The notes under the pieces are model-generated. The model was not told the origin of the DNA. It saw only the letters and a program-made list of their open reading frames with translations, and made no database searches. Source: Chiloscyllium plagiosum (taxonomy: Eukaryota). Taken from it: a stretch of 64,000 nt of DNA. Below are positions 52,036-64,000 of this stretch, piece by piece. The position numbers and the translations under genes are program-made. Position 1 is the first letter of the stretch; each line of letters starts with the position of its first letter. Where the stretch lies: NCBI RefSeq assembly GCF_004010195.1, contig NC_057718.1:98841794-98905793 (forward strand). The letters run 5' to 3'.

Positions 52036-53951
52036 CCGACAAGGTCTGTGTACACACATTCTTAGATCTTTTAAAATGGAATCTATCAATAGGACGTTTT
52101 ATTAACTTATGATATATATCCCCCCACATTCTTTTTGTGAAAAATGGGTTCATGCATATATTGTTGTCAGTCCTTCTTTCCGCACTTTCACCATGCCCAT
52201 TCCTTGATACGAGACAGACAGTTAATCTTTTGCAGAAATGCCACCAATAATGAAAAACTCCCTTGGTTTAGTGTCAACAGTATTTTTGTTGAAACAAAAA
52301 CAGAAATTTCTGGAGAAACTTAGCAGGTCTAGCAGCATCTGTGGAGAGAGAAACAAAGTTGAATGCAGTGACCCTTCTTATTGAGTCATACAGCACAGAA
52401 ACAGACCCTTCGGTCCAACCCATCCATGCCGACCATAATCCCAAACTTAAACTCGTCCCACCTGCCTACGCTTGGCCCGTGTATTTCCAAACATTTCTTA
52501 TTCATGCACTTACCTAAACATCTTTTAAATCTTCTAAATCCTGCATCCATTGCTTCCTCTGGAAGTTCATTTTACACATGAACCACTCACTGTGTAAAAA
52601 AAAAAATCCCTCTCATGTCTTTTTGAAATCTTTCTCCTCTCATCTTAAAAATATGTCCCCTAGTCTTGAAATATCCCACCCTAGAGAAAAGGCACCTGCC
52701 ATTTACCTAATCTATGCCCCTCATGATTTTATAAACTCCTATAAAGTCACCTCTCAACCACATATGCTCCAGTGAAGAAAAATGTCCTGGCCTATCCAGC
52801 CTCTCCTCAGAACTGATAGCAGCCAGGACAAGGTGATATATGAATTGAAGGAGGTGGGTAGGGATGGAGCAAGTGATTGGATAGACCGAGATGGAAATAG
52901 AGAAAATAGTTGGATGGAAAAGAAATGAATGATAGAATGCCAGGGAGAGAAAAAAGCTGATAATAGACACCATGAGTAGGCGAAAATGGCTTCGCTGTGC
53001 TGAAAGCTGCCCTGTCATGACAGAACCAGAAGTGTGTGGGGAATGGGTCAAGAACATGGGAAAAGAGGTACCGTTTCTAAAGTTATTGAATTTTATATTG
53101 ATATTTTTATTTATATTTTATTGGGTTTGATATTGATATTTTCCTTGAACTGCTTGATTCTATTGAAGGTTTGTTCAGCCAGTTCCCTAGTTGGTTAAAT
53201 TAGAAGTGCTTTTGAAGCTTTTAGTTAAATTTCAGTGTGTGCAGTTTGTCGCAACTTTACAATATGACAATCAATAGCCCTGTTTAGTTCTGTAAAGCCA
53301 TCTTTAGCAGTGAATTTGAATGTTTCTTCACCAAAGTTAAATTTGAGTTCAGCATGCTTTCGAACACAAAAGGTATGGGTGGATCGGTTCGTTACACATG
53401 GATGAATAATAAAGGCATATGCCCACGTTTTCTCCTATTGGTTGGAAATTTTCTACTTGCAATCAGACCCTCTTGCGCCATTGGGCACCGGTTCCCGTCC
53501 AGCTGACATCCTGCTCCTGTGCCACATCTGTCCAGAACTTGGGCCTGGTCATGATGGGTCCTCACTGCTGACTTCTTTCAATCTTTGTGACATGGTGGGC
53601 TCAAGACTGACCACCACGCACCCTCCAATTCATCCAATTACAGGTTTCTACCCTCCCAACGCTGCTCCTCCAATGACAGGAGCAGCAAGTAAGGGAGTGA
53701 GGCAAACTGTGATTGGATTCCTGGAGCAACTTAGGTGGGAGAGAAAGGTATCCCTTCAGAGATCCAATGTCTCTCATAAACTGTAGGGACCCTTGTCTGG
53801 TCCCATGGTTGAATTTTCAGGCATCAGTTTGAGATTTCAGGGCAAATTCATCCATTGCAACCGGCTATTTTGAGTTCTGGATGGAATTTAAATTAAACAA
53901 AATTAATTAATCTGGAATTGAAAGCTGATTTTACACATAAACTACTGTTAA

Positions 53952-54273
53952 ATTAGATTAGATTAGACTCCATACAGTGTGGAAACAGGCCCTTCGGCCC
54001 AACTAGTCCACACCGACCCTCCAAAGAGTAACCCACCAAGACCTGTTTCCCTCTGACTAATGCACCTAACACCATGGGCAATTTAAAATGGCCAATTCAC
54101 CTGACCTGCACATCTTTGGATTGTGGGAGGAAACCGGAGCACCCAGAGAAATCCCACCCAGACACGGTGAGAACATGCAAACTCCACATAGACAGTCACC
54201 CAAGGCTGGAATCGAACCTGGGACCCTGGTGCTGTGAGGCAGCAGTGCTAACCACTGATCCACCGTGCCACCC
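53952..54273 (-). mobile_element. HE1/V-SINE-type SINE
   Basis: Reverse-complement head, core and tail. Confidence 0.9.
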
Positions 54274-56314
54274 CCACTGTTGATTGTTGCAAAAACCCAT
54301 TGGGTTCACTAATGCTCTCTGAAGAAGGAAACCTTCTGCTCCTATCTGCTCTCAATACTCGTGATGTTAGGCTCTTGTGATTGGTGCTTAACTGCCCTCT
54401 GAAATAGAATATCAAGTGATTCAGTTCAAGGGCATTTAGGGATGAGCAATAAATGCTGGCTTTGTCAGCGATGGCCACATCCCATGGAAGAATAAACTTG
54501 AGTTTCTGGAAATACCTTTTCTTAAGAATTGGTTCTACCCCAATCTCAAGTCCAAGTCTCAGAAGGAATTCAGCACACAGACATCCACCACATGAGATAG
54601 CAGCACTCCACTTTTTCTCAGAGATTATCAATTATTAAGAGATTAAGATATATGAGCCAAAGGCAGGTACATGACCACAGACCAGCCATGATCTCCTTGA
54701 ACGGAGGAACCAATTGAGGGGCTGAATGGCCTACTTTTGCTGTACAGTTCCTATTTAATTTATATCTCAATAAAATCTAGCTTCTCACTACTGAGATATG
54801 GGTATATGAGTAGGAAGGGTTTGGAGGGATATGGGCCAAATGCTGGCAAATGGGACTAGATTGGATTGGGATATCTGGTCAGCATGGACAAGTTGGACCG
54901 AAGGGTCTGTTTCCAAGTTGTACATCTCTATGCTCTATATCTGCGATCCGGGTGTAGTCTGTCTTCAAATTTTACTAAAGGGAGCAACCTGAAAGAAGTA
55001 TCAAGAAATTATGAGAGGGATTGATAGTGTGCTTAGTCAAAGTTTATTTCCCAGGGTGGAAATGTCAAATTCTACAGCTACAGGTTTAAGGTCAGAGGGG
55101 ATAAGTTTAAGAGAAATGTGCAAGAAACGTTTTATGTTCAGAGGATGGTAGGTGCCTGGAATGTGTTGCCAGGGGGAGATGGTGGAAACAGATATGATAG
55201 CAACATTTAAGAGGCATTTAGACAGACACATGAGCAGTCAGGAAATAGAGGGATGTGGATCATTTACAGGCAGACAGTATTCGTTTAGAATGGCATCATG
55301 GTCATCACAGACATGGGGGGGGGAGGGGCGAAGGGCCTGTTCCTCTGTTGTACTGTTCTATGTTCTAAGACCCCCAACCTCTTGCTCCCTTGATTTTATT
55401 CTCACTAAACAGTTGACTGCTTTTCTTCCTGTTAGATTACATTGTCAGTGATTACCTTCACTGAGAAACCCAACTGCTGAATTATGGCATAGATTCCAGA
55501 CCAGACCTTTAAGACAGCAACATGGCATCACAAGATGTGCTATTCTAGTATAAAACCATTTTAGTCACTCTCTCTCTAATGGAGTCAGTTTAGTCAGCTG
55601 GCTGTATCTTTATAATGTACAACACCACCAGAGAGTACAGAACACAAGACCAAGTGTGTAGGCCTGCGTAGGCATATGGGTCAGTGCAATGATGGGAGTG
55701 AAGGTATACCTTATTAGAATAAGATGTCAGCATCTGTTGTTACTCATGGTCTCACTGACTTCAGCTTTGACCCTTTTGTGATCCTGGATCATATGGAGAG
55801 ATACTTCTAGCATTATTTCAGCATTTATAGGGACACTCATGTCTTTAAGCACCTTAGTCCATCTGGTGAGGTCAATAAAACGTGTCTAGCATGAAAGTCT
55901 GGGGTGGTAGATTTGACACTGACCACCACCAGCTACGACCTCATCCCAGATTATGTGCACAGAACCATTTTACAGGAACATCATTCTCTGAGTCTCAATT
56001 TTCTTGCCTCACACAATCTCCTTGCACCACTTCTGAAAACCTTGTGGCCTTTCTCATTACAAACTCTCTGGGTGATACTGCTGGTTCTGCCACTGTAATT
56101 TTGTTTCTAGGTTTAAATCTCTTTCTATGTCACTCTCATCTTGCTGTATTCTCTAGCTGGGGAATTCTTTTATCTACTGCAGTTAAATGTAATCCTGTCC
56201 TCACTAGGTTAAAAACTCTTTTGTCGAACTTGAATGCCCAATCTGTGTCAATGGAGCAAAGAGTAAGCTGTTCAGCCTCCCTATTTTACTCCATTAGCTT
56301 CCATTTCCTCTTCA

Positions 56315-56728
56315 AAGTTTGGGAGAAGATTTGTAGCTAGGGTGCTCGTTGTTGTGGTTCTGTTCGCCGAGCTGGGAATTTGTGTTGCAGACATTTCGTC
56401 CCCTGTCTAGGTGACATCCTCAGTGCTTGGGAGCCTCCTGTGAAGCGCTTCTGTAATCTTTCCTCTGGCATTTGTAGTGGTTTGAATCTGCTGCTTCCGG
56501 TTGTCAGTTCCAGCTGTCCGTTGCAGTGGTCGGTATATTGGGTCCAGGTCGACGTGTTTGTTGATTGAATCTGTGGATGAGTGCCATGCCTCTAGGAATT
56601 CCCTGGCTGTTCTCTGTTTGGCTTGTCCTATAATAATAGTGTTGTCCCAGTCGAATTCATGTTGCTTGTCATCTGCGTGTGTGGCTACTAAGGATAGCTG
56701 GTCGTGTGGTTTCGTGGCTAGTTGGTGC
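56315..56728 (-). mobile_element. Penelope/Poseidon-type PLE 3' end (GIY-YIG C-terminal region and terminal repeat with HHR)
   Basis: HQLATKPHDQLSLVATHADDKQHEFDWDN...REFLEAWHS; gca-CTGAGGA-t-gtcacct..aggggac-GAAAT-GTC-tgc at 56387-56426 (-). Confidence 0.88.
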
Positions 56729-56943
56729 AGATTTCCTCTGCATCTCAACACCATCTGCTGACCTTCATTCACATTCTTATTTTTATTTATCAAATATCTA
56801 TCAAACTCAGTCTTTAAATTTTAATTGACCCAAATTTTGAGGGACGATAGTTATGAATGTGCATATGTACATCAATGAGTTGCTGCAGGAGTGCTGCACT
56901 GTCAAAAGTATAAAACATTAAATCAAGGTGTTTATGAAACAAT

Positions 56944-57042
56944 AGTAAAGTACTCCCAACTCCCTTCCCCTAACTAAGTAAAGTACTCCCAACTCCCTTC
57001 CCCTAACTAAGTAAAGTACTCCCAACTCTCTTCCCCTAACTA
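56944..57042. repeat. Minisatellite, 3 x 33 bp
   Basis: Unit agtaaagtactcccaactcccttcccctaacta. Confidence 0.92.
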
Positions 57043-57914
57043 AATCCCCATATCACAGACTATAACGTCGATTGATTTTTCACAGGACCACTCTTTGTGC
57101 ATACGTTGTTGTGTTGCTTTATAGAACAATAATCATTCTGCTCCAGTAAACAATTCTCCATTCATTTCACACATTATCCTTTAGGATTCATAACAAACTA
57201 ATGCCAATCTTGTCTTCTGAAGGATAGGATATTTAAAAAGTGAAAACTTAGGATGTTTCTCAACAACAATTGAAAAATGCCAGAGCTTAGATTTTAACAT
57301 TTCTGGCTACTTTTTCCATTATGTTGGTTAAGGATCTGGATGTCACAATGCAGCAAAATCAAGGCGTCTGACAATGTCTATTGAAAATGTTACTGACAGT
57401 AGTAAGCAGGCATTCGAATGTTAGTGATGCCCTCTGCTGTATATTATCGTACATGACGACTGAAATGTGGAAATGACAAGGAATCTCTTCAGAGCAGATT
57501 CTGGATGGAGGACAAGAGTACATTTTGCATTGTGAATAAACAGCAATGTTGTAATTAATAACATTTACATTAGCAAAGGTAACAAAGCCATGCTGAAAAT
57601 AACATGACGTCTGTATTAGCACTCCATGGGGTCAACTGACATATTGAAAAAGAGAATCAGTGCGGGGGGGGGGAGTTTTAAAATTTCAATTTGGAGGCAA
57701 GCATTTTCATGAAAACTGTCAGCGTAAGGCATAATCCACAATGGTGACCAGATTTACAGAAGAACTCTACTTTGCTTATTTTTAATCAGGTGAACAGCAT
57801 TTGTCTATTGCTTATGGTTTTAGTTGACGAGTATCATCATAGTTCACCATGTCATCAAGGTTCCTCAGTTTACTTATCCCCTTGCACCACCCTGCAGCTT
57901 TTCATTCTATGCAA

Positions 57915-58678
57915 TACCATCCTGAGAATCCCCTAACCCTAACCCAAACAAGCAGACAAAACACGTCCAGAAACCCTAGCCATTCTCCCCTACATCAAAG
58001 GCATCTCGAAAATGACTGCCAGACTCCCTTGGCATCACGGAAGCCCCCAAACCCACCAACACACTTAAACAGCAGCTAATGAACTTGAAAGACCCTGTAT
58101 AGACAATGAGCAAAACATGTGTCATTGTAATGTCATTTACAAAATATCGTAACAAACAAATATTGCAAGAACTGTAACAAACACCACACTGGACAAACAG
58201 GCAGAAAGCTAGCCACCAGGATACATGAACACCAACTAGCCACAAAAAGACATGACTGTCTCTCACTAGTATCCTTACACACAAATGAGGAAGGACACCA
58301 CTTCGACTGGGATAACACATCCATCCTAGGACAAACCAAACAAAGACACACATGAAAATTCCTAGAAGCATGGCATTCCAACCAGAACTCTCTCAACAAA
58401 CACATCAAGTTAGACCCCATCTACCACCCCCTGAGAAAATGAACAGGAAGTGAATTCACCACTGGAAATGACATCACCACAAGAAATGACATCACCAACC
58501 CAAAGAAACCCAAACATATAAATAGAAAGCAGGAATTATCAGCAGTACTTCGCTTGAGGCTCACTGAAGATGTTACCTAGTAGGGTGATGAAATGTCTGG
58601 AAATGAACCTTCCAGCTTAGCGAGCAAACCTACATCCAAAATCTCAACCCGAGCTACAAATCTTCTCAAAACTCGCTA
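57915..58678 (+). mobile_element. Penelope/Poseidon-type PLE 3' portion (decayed GIY-YIG endonuclease and HHR-bearing terminal repeat)
   Basis: Frameshifted LAILPYIKGIS...TGQTGRKLATRIHEH...HFDWDN..FLEAWHS; CTGAAGA 58564-58570, GAAATGTC 58590-58597. Confidence 0.85.
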
Positions 58679-58784
58679 AGCCCCTATCTGTAAAAGCAAA
58701 TTCTTTCATTGGCAGCTAATGTGACAATGGAAAATGGCTGTGGTTGTGGGGATCTCAGAATATCTCTGAGCAGAAACAGAAAGC

Positions 58785-59428
58785 TAGCACCGGGCGCAGC
58801 AGGTAACCAGGAAGGCCAATGGAATGTTGGCCCTTATTTCAAGGGAATTACAGGATAAGAGGAGGGAAGTCTTACTGCAACTATTCCAGGTGCTGGTGAG
58901 GCCACACATGGAGTACTGAAAGCAGTTTTGGTCTCCTTAGGTTCACTAGAATAAGCCCTGGGATGGAGGGATTGTCTTATAAGCAAAGTTTAAACAGGTT
59001 GGGACTGTATTTACTGAGTTCAGAAGATTGAGAGACGATCTTAGTGAGACATATAGGATTCTGAAGGGGCTTGACAGGGTCAATACTGAGAGGATGTTTC
59101 CCCTCATGGGACAGTCTGGGACCAGAGGGTATAGACTCAGAATAAAGGGATGCCAATTTAAGACTGAGATGAGGAGGAATTTATTTTCTCAGAGAGTGGT
59201 GAGTCTTTAGAACTCCTTGCCATAGAGAGCTGTGGGGGCAGAGTCCTTGGGCATACTTAAGGCTGAGATAGATAGATTCGTGATCAGTTGGGGAATCAAG
59301 TGTTAAAGGGAAAAGCCAGAAAAGTGGATGTGAGGAATGTCGAGTCAGCCATGATCCTCTTGAGTGGTGGGGCAGGCTCAAGGGGCTGAACAGCCTGCTC
59401 CTGTTACTATTTCCTGTGGTCTTATGGT
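58785..59428 (+). mobile_element. CR1 3' portion
   Basis: LRDDLSETYRILKGLDRV..MRRNLFSQRVV. Confidence 0.85.
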
Positions 59429-60179
59429 CTGCAGGTGTGCCCTAGGCCCAACAATCTTCAGCTGCTTTATCAATGACCTTCTATCAGAAAGAGAGCTGTT
59501 TGTAAATGATCATGCACTACTCAACTTGCTTCACAGGATCTCATATAATGAAGCAGCCTGCATGCAGCAATGTTATAGAGGAGCTGGTGGGACTGGGGTG
59601 GACAAAGTTAAAAATCACACAACACCAGGTTACAGTCCAACAGGTTTATTTGGAATTACTCTGAAAGCCAGTACTTCCAAATAAATCTGTTGGACTATAA
59701 CTGATGTTATGTGATTTTGAACTGAATGAAGCAAGACATACTAAAAATCTTGCCTGATTTGTGAGAATTTACTCAAATTAAGTACCAGATCTTGAACATG
59801 ACCAAAAGTGAAAGCCTAGTCAACTCCCAACTATTGAAATTCCACATCAATATCTTGAGGTGTGGGTATGGTTCACCATTGATAAGAAACTCAACTGGCC
59901 CGGCCATATAAATGTCACAGCAGGTCAAAGGCTAGGTATCCACAGCAAATGGCACATCTCCAGCTTTCTCAGTGCCTCTTCAAGATCTGCATGTCACTTT
60001 GTGAAGCACGGTGCAGATGCAACAACACTCAGGATGCCTGGTATAATCCAGTCCATTTGGTTGATATTTCACACACTTGACCAAATGTCCAGCCCCTTCA
60101 TGATGGATATACAATGGCTGCAGTGCATTCTGTCCATGGGGCGTGCTTTTGGAATACCGTGTTTATTTCTGGTCACCCT

Positions 60180-60763
60180 GCTACAGGAAGGTTGGATAGG
60201 CTGGGACATTTTCACAGGAGGTTGAGGGGTTACCTTATTGAGGTTTATAAAATCATGAGGGGCATAGATAAGGTGAATAGCAGGGGTATTTTATCCAGGG
60301 TGCACAAGCTTAAAACAAGAGGCCAAACTTTTAAGGTAAGAGGAGAAAGATTTTAAAAGAACGTGAGGGACAGCGTTTTTACACAGAGGTCAGGTAGCAT
60401 CCGAGGAGCAGGGGAGTCGATGTTTTGGGCATAAGCCCTTCATCCGGACACATTCCTAATGAAGGGCTTATGCCCGAAACGTCAACTCTCCTGCTTGTCA
60501 GATGGTACCTGACCTGCTGTGCTTTTCCAATGCTACACTTTTCGACTCTGATCTCCAGCAGTCCTCACTTTCTCCTTCCAGAGGAAGTGATTGATGCAGG
60601 TACAGTTGTTACATTTAGAAGACATTTGGACAGGTGCATGGAAAGGAAAGGTTTAGAGGGATATGGGCCAAATGCAGGCAAATGGGACTAGTTTAATTTG
60701 GCAAACCTGGTCAGCATGGACCAGTTGGACCGAAGGGTATGTTTCCATGCTCTATGACTCTAT
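60180..60763 (+). mobile_element. CR1 3' fragment interrupted by a family A palindromic element (~60388-60577)
   Basis: RLRGYLIEVYKIMRG text; insert with inverted arms and gcccgaaacgtc. Confidence 0.8.
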
Positions 60764-61599
60764 ATACAATATCCACACCATTTCCAAATGCGTGTCCACA
60801 TACCAAGTCACATACCATCCTGCCTTCCTTACTAGAGAGACTTGCATTTATATAGCACTTTTCAGATATCTCAAAGTGCTTTTCAGCTAACAAAATGTAG
60901 AAAGTATTGTACTATATGAAATGCAGTTTACTGCTAGCTCCCACAAGTAATAATAAGGACCAGCCAGTCTTTTTTATGATGTTGATGGAAGGATAATTAC
61001 GACACCTCCAACAGTGCAGCACAGAGGGAGCAATGGAGCATTATCCTTGGGTTTTCAGCTTATGTCCAAATGTAGGAATTGAATTTAGAACCTTGCAATT
61101 CTGAGACAAGCATGGTAACCAACTGAGCCAGGGCTACAACCCCAACCTGATAGAAATGTTGAAGCACTTTTACCACACAATCTGCAAAATTTCAAGCAGA
61201 AGGCTTACAATCCCCTTTTGACAAGGTCAGAAATCACACACAACACCAGATTATTTGAAATCACAAGCTTTTGGAGTACTGCTCCTTTGTCAGGTGAACC
61301 CCATTTTAAGTTCAACAAGGAATGTGGGATCAACTATAACACTAACCAAGAGTATAAAATATAGACATACGGATGTTTTCCTCTCAATCTCTATCTCTAC
61401 TGCACCAGTATGAATGCTCATAATTCTCCAATGCTGAGAGAGTGTGTCAACTTAGTGTCACATTGCACCAAATCTAGAACTATCCCCATTGAGAGTGGGT
61501 AAACTCCCTATTTCCTTCATAGCACTTTCCTTGCTGTCAAATCAATAGATTCATTGCATCACTCTCAATTTTACTTATGATTAATAAAAGTTTTTTGAA

Positions 61600-62420
61600 C
61601 GTGAGTTCCTTGAAAATGGAGTTGCAAATAGACAGGACAGTGAAGAAGGCTTTTGGCATCCTTGCCTTTATTAATCAGTGCACTGAGTATAGGAGTTGGG
61701 AGGTCATGTTGCAGCTGTACAGAACATTGGTGAGGTCACTTCGAGAAAACCTTATTTATTTCCATCTCCCTTCTATAGGAAAGATGTTGTTAAACTTGCA
61801 AGTATTTAGAAAAGATTTACAAGGATGTTGCCAGGTTTGGAGGATTTTGACTATAGGGAAAGGCTGAAAAATGTGTTGCTGGAAAAGCGCAGCAGCTTAG
61901 GCAGCATCCAAGGAGCAGGAGAACCGACATTTCGGGCATAAGCCCTTCTTCAGGATTCCTGAAGAAGGGCTTATCTGCAGTATCTGCAGTCTGCAGTCCT
62001 TACTTTCTCCTATAGGGAAAGGCTGAATAGGATGGGGCTATTTTCCCTGGAGCATTGGAGGCTGATGGGTGACCAAACAGGCATGGAGAGGGTGAATAGC
62101 CAACATGAATTCCCCAGGGTTGGGGGAGTCCAAAACTAAAGGGCATTGGTTTAAGGTGAGAGTGGAAAGAATTAAAAAGGACATGTGGGGTGACTAGAGG
62201 GTGGTGGGTGTATCGAATAAGCTGCCAGAGGAAGTGGTGGAGGTTAGTACAATTACAACATTTAAAAGGTGCCTGGATGGGTATATGAATAGGAAGGGTT
62301 TAGAGGTCTGTGGGCCAAGTGCTGGCAAATGGGATTAGATTAATTTCAGATATCTGATCAATGTGGGCAAGTTGGTCCAAAGGGTCTGTTTCCATGCTGT
62401 ACGTCTCTTATGACTCTATG
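61600..62420 (+). mobile_element. CR1 3' portion interrupted by a family A element (61869-62009)
   Basis: Duplication ctatagggaaaggctgaa at 61851-61868 and 62010-62027 flanks the insert. Confidence 0.85.
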
Positions 62421-62584
62421 ATGTGCTTTGGGATGGTCTGAGGTTGTGAAAGGGACTACAGTGATGGAAATTTCAGAGAATTACAGCATGGAAAGAAATC
62501 CTTTCACCCATTATTCCCACATTGGTCATCAATCATTAGGGGAGAAAGGTTTCTTCCTAGTTACTTTGTCTACATCCCTTGTGA

Positions 62585-62992
62585 TGTGGAGATGCTGGTG
62601 TTGGACTGGGGTGGACAAAGTTAAAAATCACACAACACCAGGTTATAGTCCAACAGGTTTATTTGGAAGCACTAGCTTTCGGAGCACTGCTCCTTCATCA
62701 GGTAGCTGTGGAGCAGCATCATAAGACAAAGAATGTATAGCAAAAGATCACAATATCATGCGTGCAACTGATATGATATATTGAACAAACCTTAATACCT
62801 TAAAAACTAAACAACAATTGAGGCTTGTTCAACATATCGTATCAGTTGCATGCATGACGGTGATCTTTTGCGATAAATTCAGTGTTATAATCCTGCTCCA
62901 AAGCTACCTGATGAAGGAGCAGCTCTCCGAAAGCTAGTGTTTCCAAATAAACCTATTGGACTATAACCTGGTGTTATGTGATTTTTAACTTT
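62585..62992. mobile_element. Family B PLE-derived long hairpin element with HHRs on both arms
   Basis: ~175-bp imperfect inverted arms 62617-62793 / 62819-62992; + core CTGATGA 62908-62914, GAAA 62929-62932; flanking tacatccct repeats. Confidence 0.85.
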
Positions 62993-63599
62993 TATACATC
63001 CCTCATAACTTTGTTTATCTCAATCAAGTCCCCTCTCAGCCTTCTCTCCGCTAAGGAAAACAATTCCGGTCTATCTAGTCTCTCTCCATAGCTGAAATGT
63101 TCCAGCCCAGGCAACAGCCTGATGAATATCTTCAGCAATCTCTCCAGTGCAATCACATCCTTCCTAGGTGGTTTTGCAAAGTATATTGGGTTGGTACAAG
63201 ACATTGGAAAGACCAAAACCATGGTCTTCAGACTTTAATCTTGTCACCAATTCCATCCTTCTCCCCAGCTGCTAAGTTGCATGTACATCCATTGTGAAAC
63301 CATCTACCTCCACCTGATGTTAAACACACTGGCCTATATATCCTTGGTTTATTACTACCACTCTTCTTGAATAATAGTACCACATTAGCTGTCCTCCAGT
63401 CCTCTGGCACCTCTTTTGTAACCAGAGTGAATATGAAAATTAATGTCAGAGCCTCTGCAACTTTCCTTCTATGCCTATTACAGCAGCTCCTCAGCCACTC
63501 AGTTGCAAACTTCCTTTCTCCAGCGACTGTAAGCTTCAGCTATTCCAAAACTGTACTCCATACAATTGATCTCGCACCATGACCCATTCATTCATCATT

Positions 63600-64000
63600 C
63601 TGATGTTGAGGAGTCGGTGTTGGACTGGGGTGGACAAAGTTAAAAATTACACATCACCAGGTTATAGTCCAACAGGTTTATATGGAAACACTACTTTTCG
63701 GAACACTGCTCCTTCATCAGTTGGTGGTGGAGTATAAGATCATAAGACACAGGGTTTATAGCAAAAGATTACAGTGTCATGCAACTAAAATGATATATTG
63801 AACACACCTGGATTATTGTTAAGTCTTTCATCTTTTAGAATGGGTTGCAGGTTTTGGTTCAGTAATATGTAAATCCCAGAACTTCTTTTAAGTCACATTC
63901 TCAAGATAACTTTTAGAACAAAAGGTGACATTTCAACTCAGACAATGCATTAAAGATATGAAGTCAGAGTTTGTCTGTATCCTAATCTTGAGTCAGACTG
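63600..64000 (-). mobile_element. Family B PLE terminal region running off the window edge
   Basis: Same head as 62585; minus-strand HHR-like core at ~63690-63722. Confidence 0.7.

Noticed and set aside
56944..57042. 33-bp repeats as a CRISPR-like array
   Set aside because: Units are directly adjacent with no spacers, in a vertebrate context; this is a minisatellite
34400..64000. Exons of a downstream neighbour such as MKKS on the minus strand
   Set aside because: No ORF-track peptide or splice-bounded segment resembles a known host protein; short exons could still have been missed

Overview
Eukaryotic genomic DNA from a cartilaginous fish, most likely a shark (HE1/V-SINE tRNA-derived SINEs and HER1-type CR1 LINEs throughout). 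The only host protein-coding gene I can support is SNAP25 on the + strand: exon 4 (6014-6062), mutually exclusive exons 5a (16690-16807) and 5b (16972-17089), exon 6 (22863-22988), exon 7 (26933-27077) and the coding part of exon 8 (32558-32626), followed by a ~1.2 kb 3'UTR. Exons 1-3 lie upstream of the window. The rest is dense in retroelements: CR1 LINEs, L2-like/DeuSINE relics, tRNA SINEs, a 5S pseudogene, a Tigger-like MITE, and a 460-N gap at 39967-40426. The most striking unannotated signal is a population of short (about 90-400 bp), often palindromic, target-site-duplication (TSD)-flanked elements from at least four families derived from Penelope-like elements (PLEs). They carry minimal type I hammerhead ribozyme (HHR) motifs (CUGANGA...GAAA...UH), often one on each strand, and several lie in sense orientation inside SNAP25 introns. 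The second highlight is a complete SNAP-25a/b exon-5 switch, with its apparent splicing code, in a chondrichthyan. Repeat boundaries are read by eye and are approximate; exon boundaries, TSDs and ribozyme core coordinates were counted base by base. No database searches were run.
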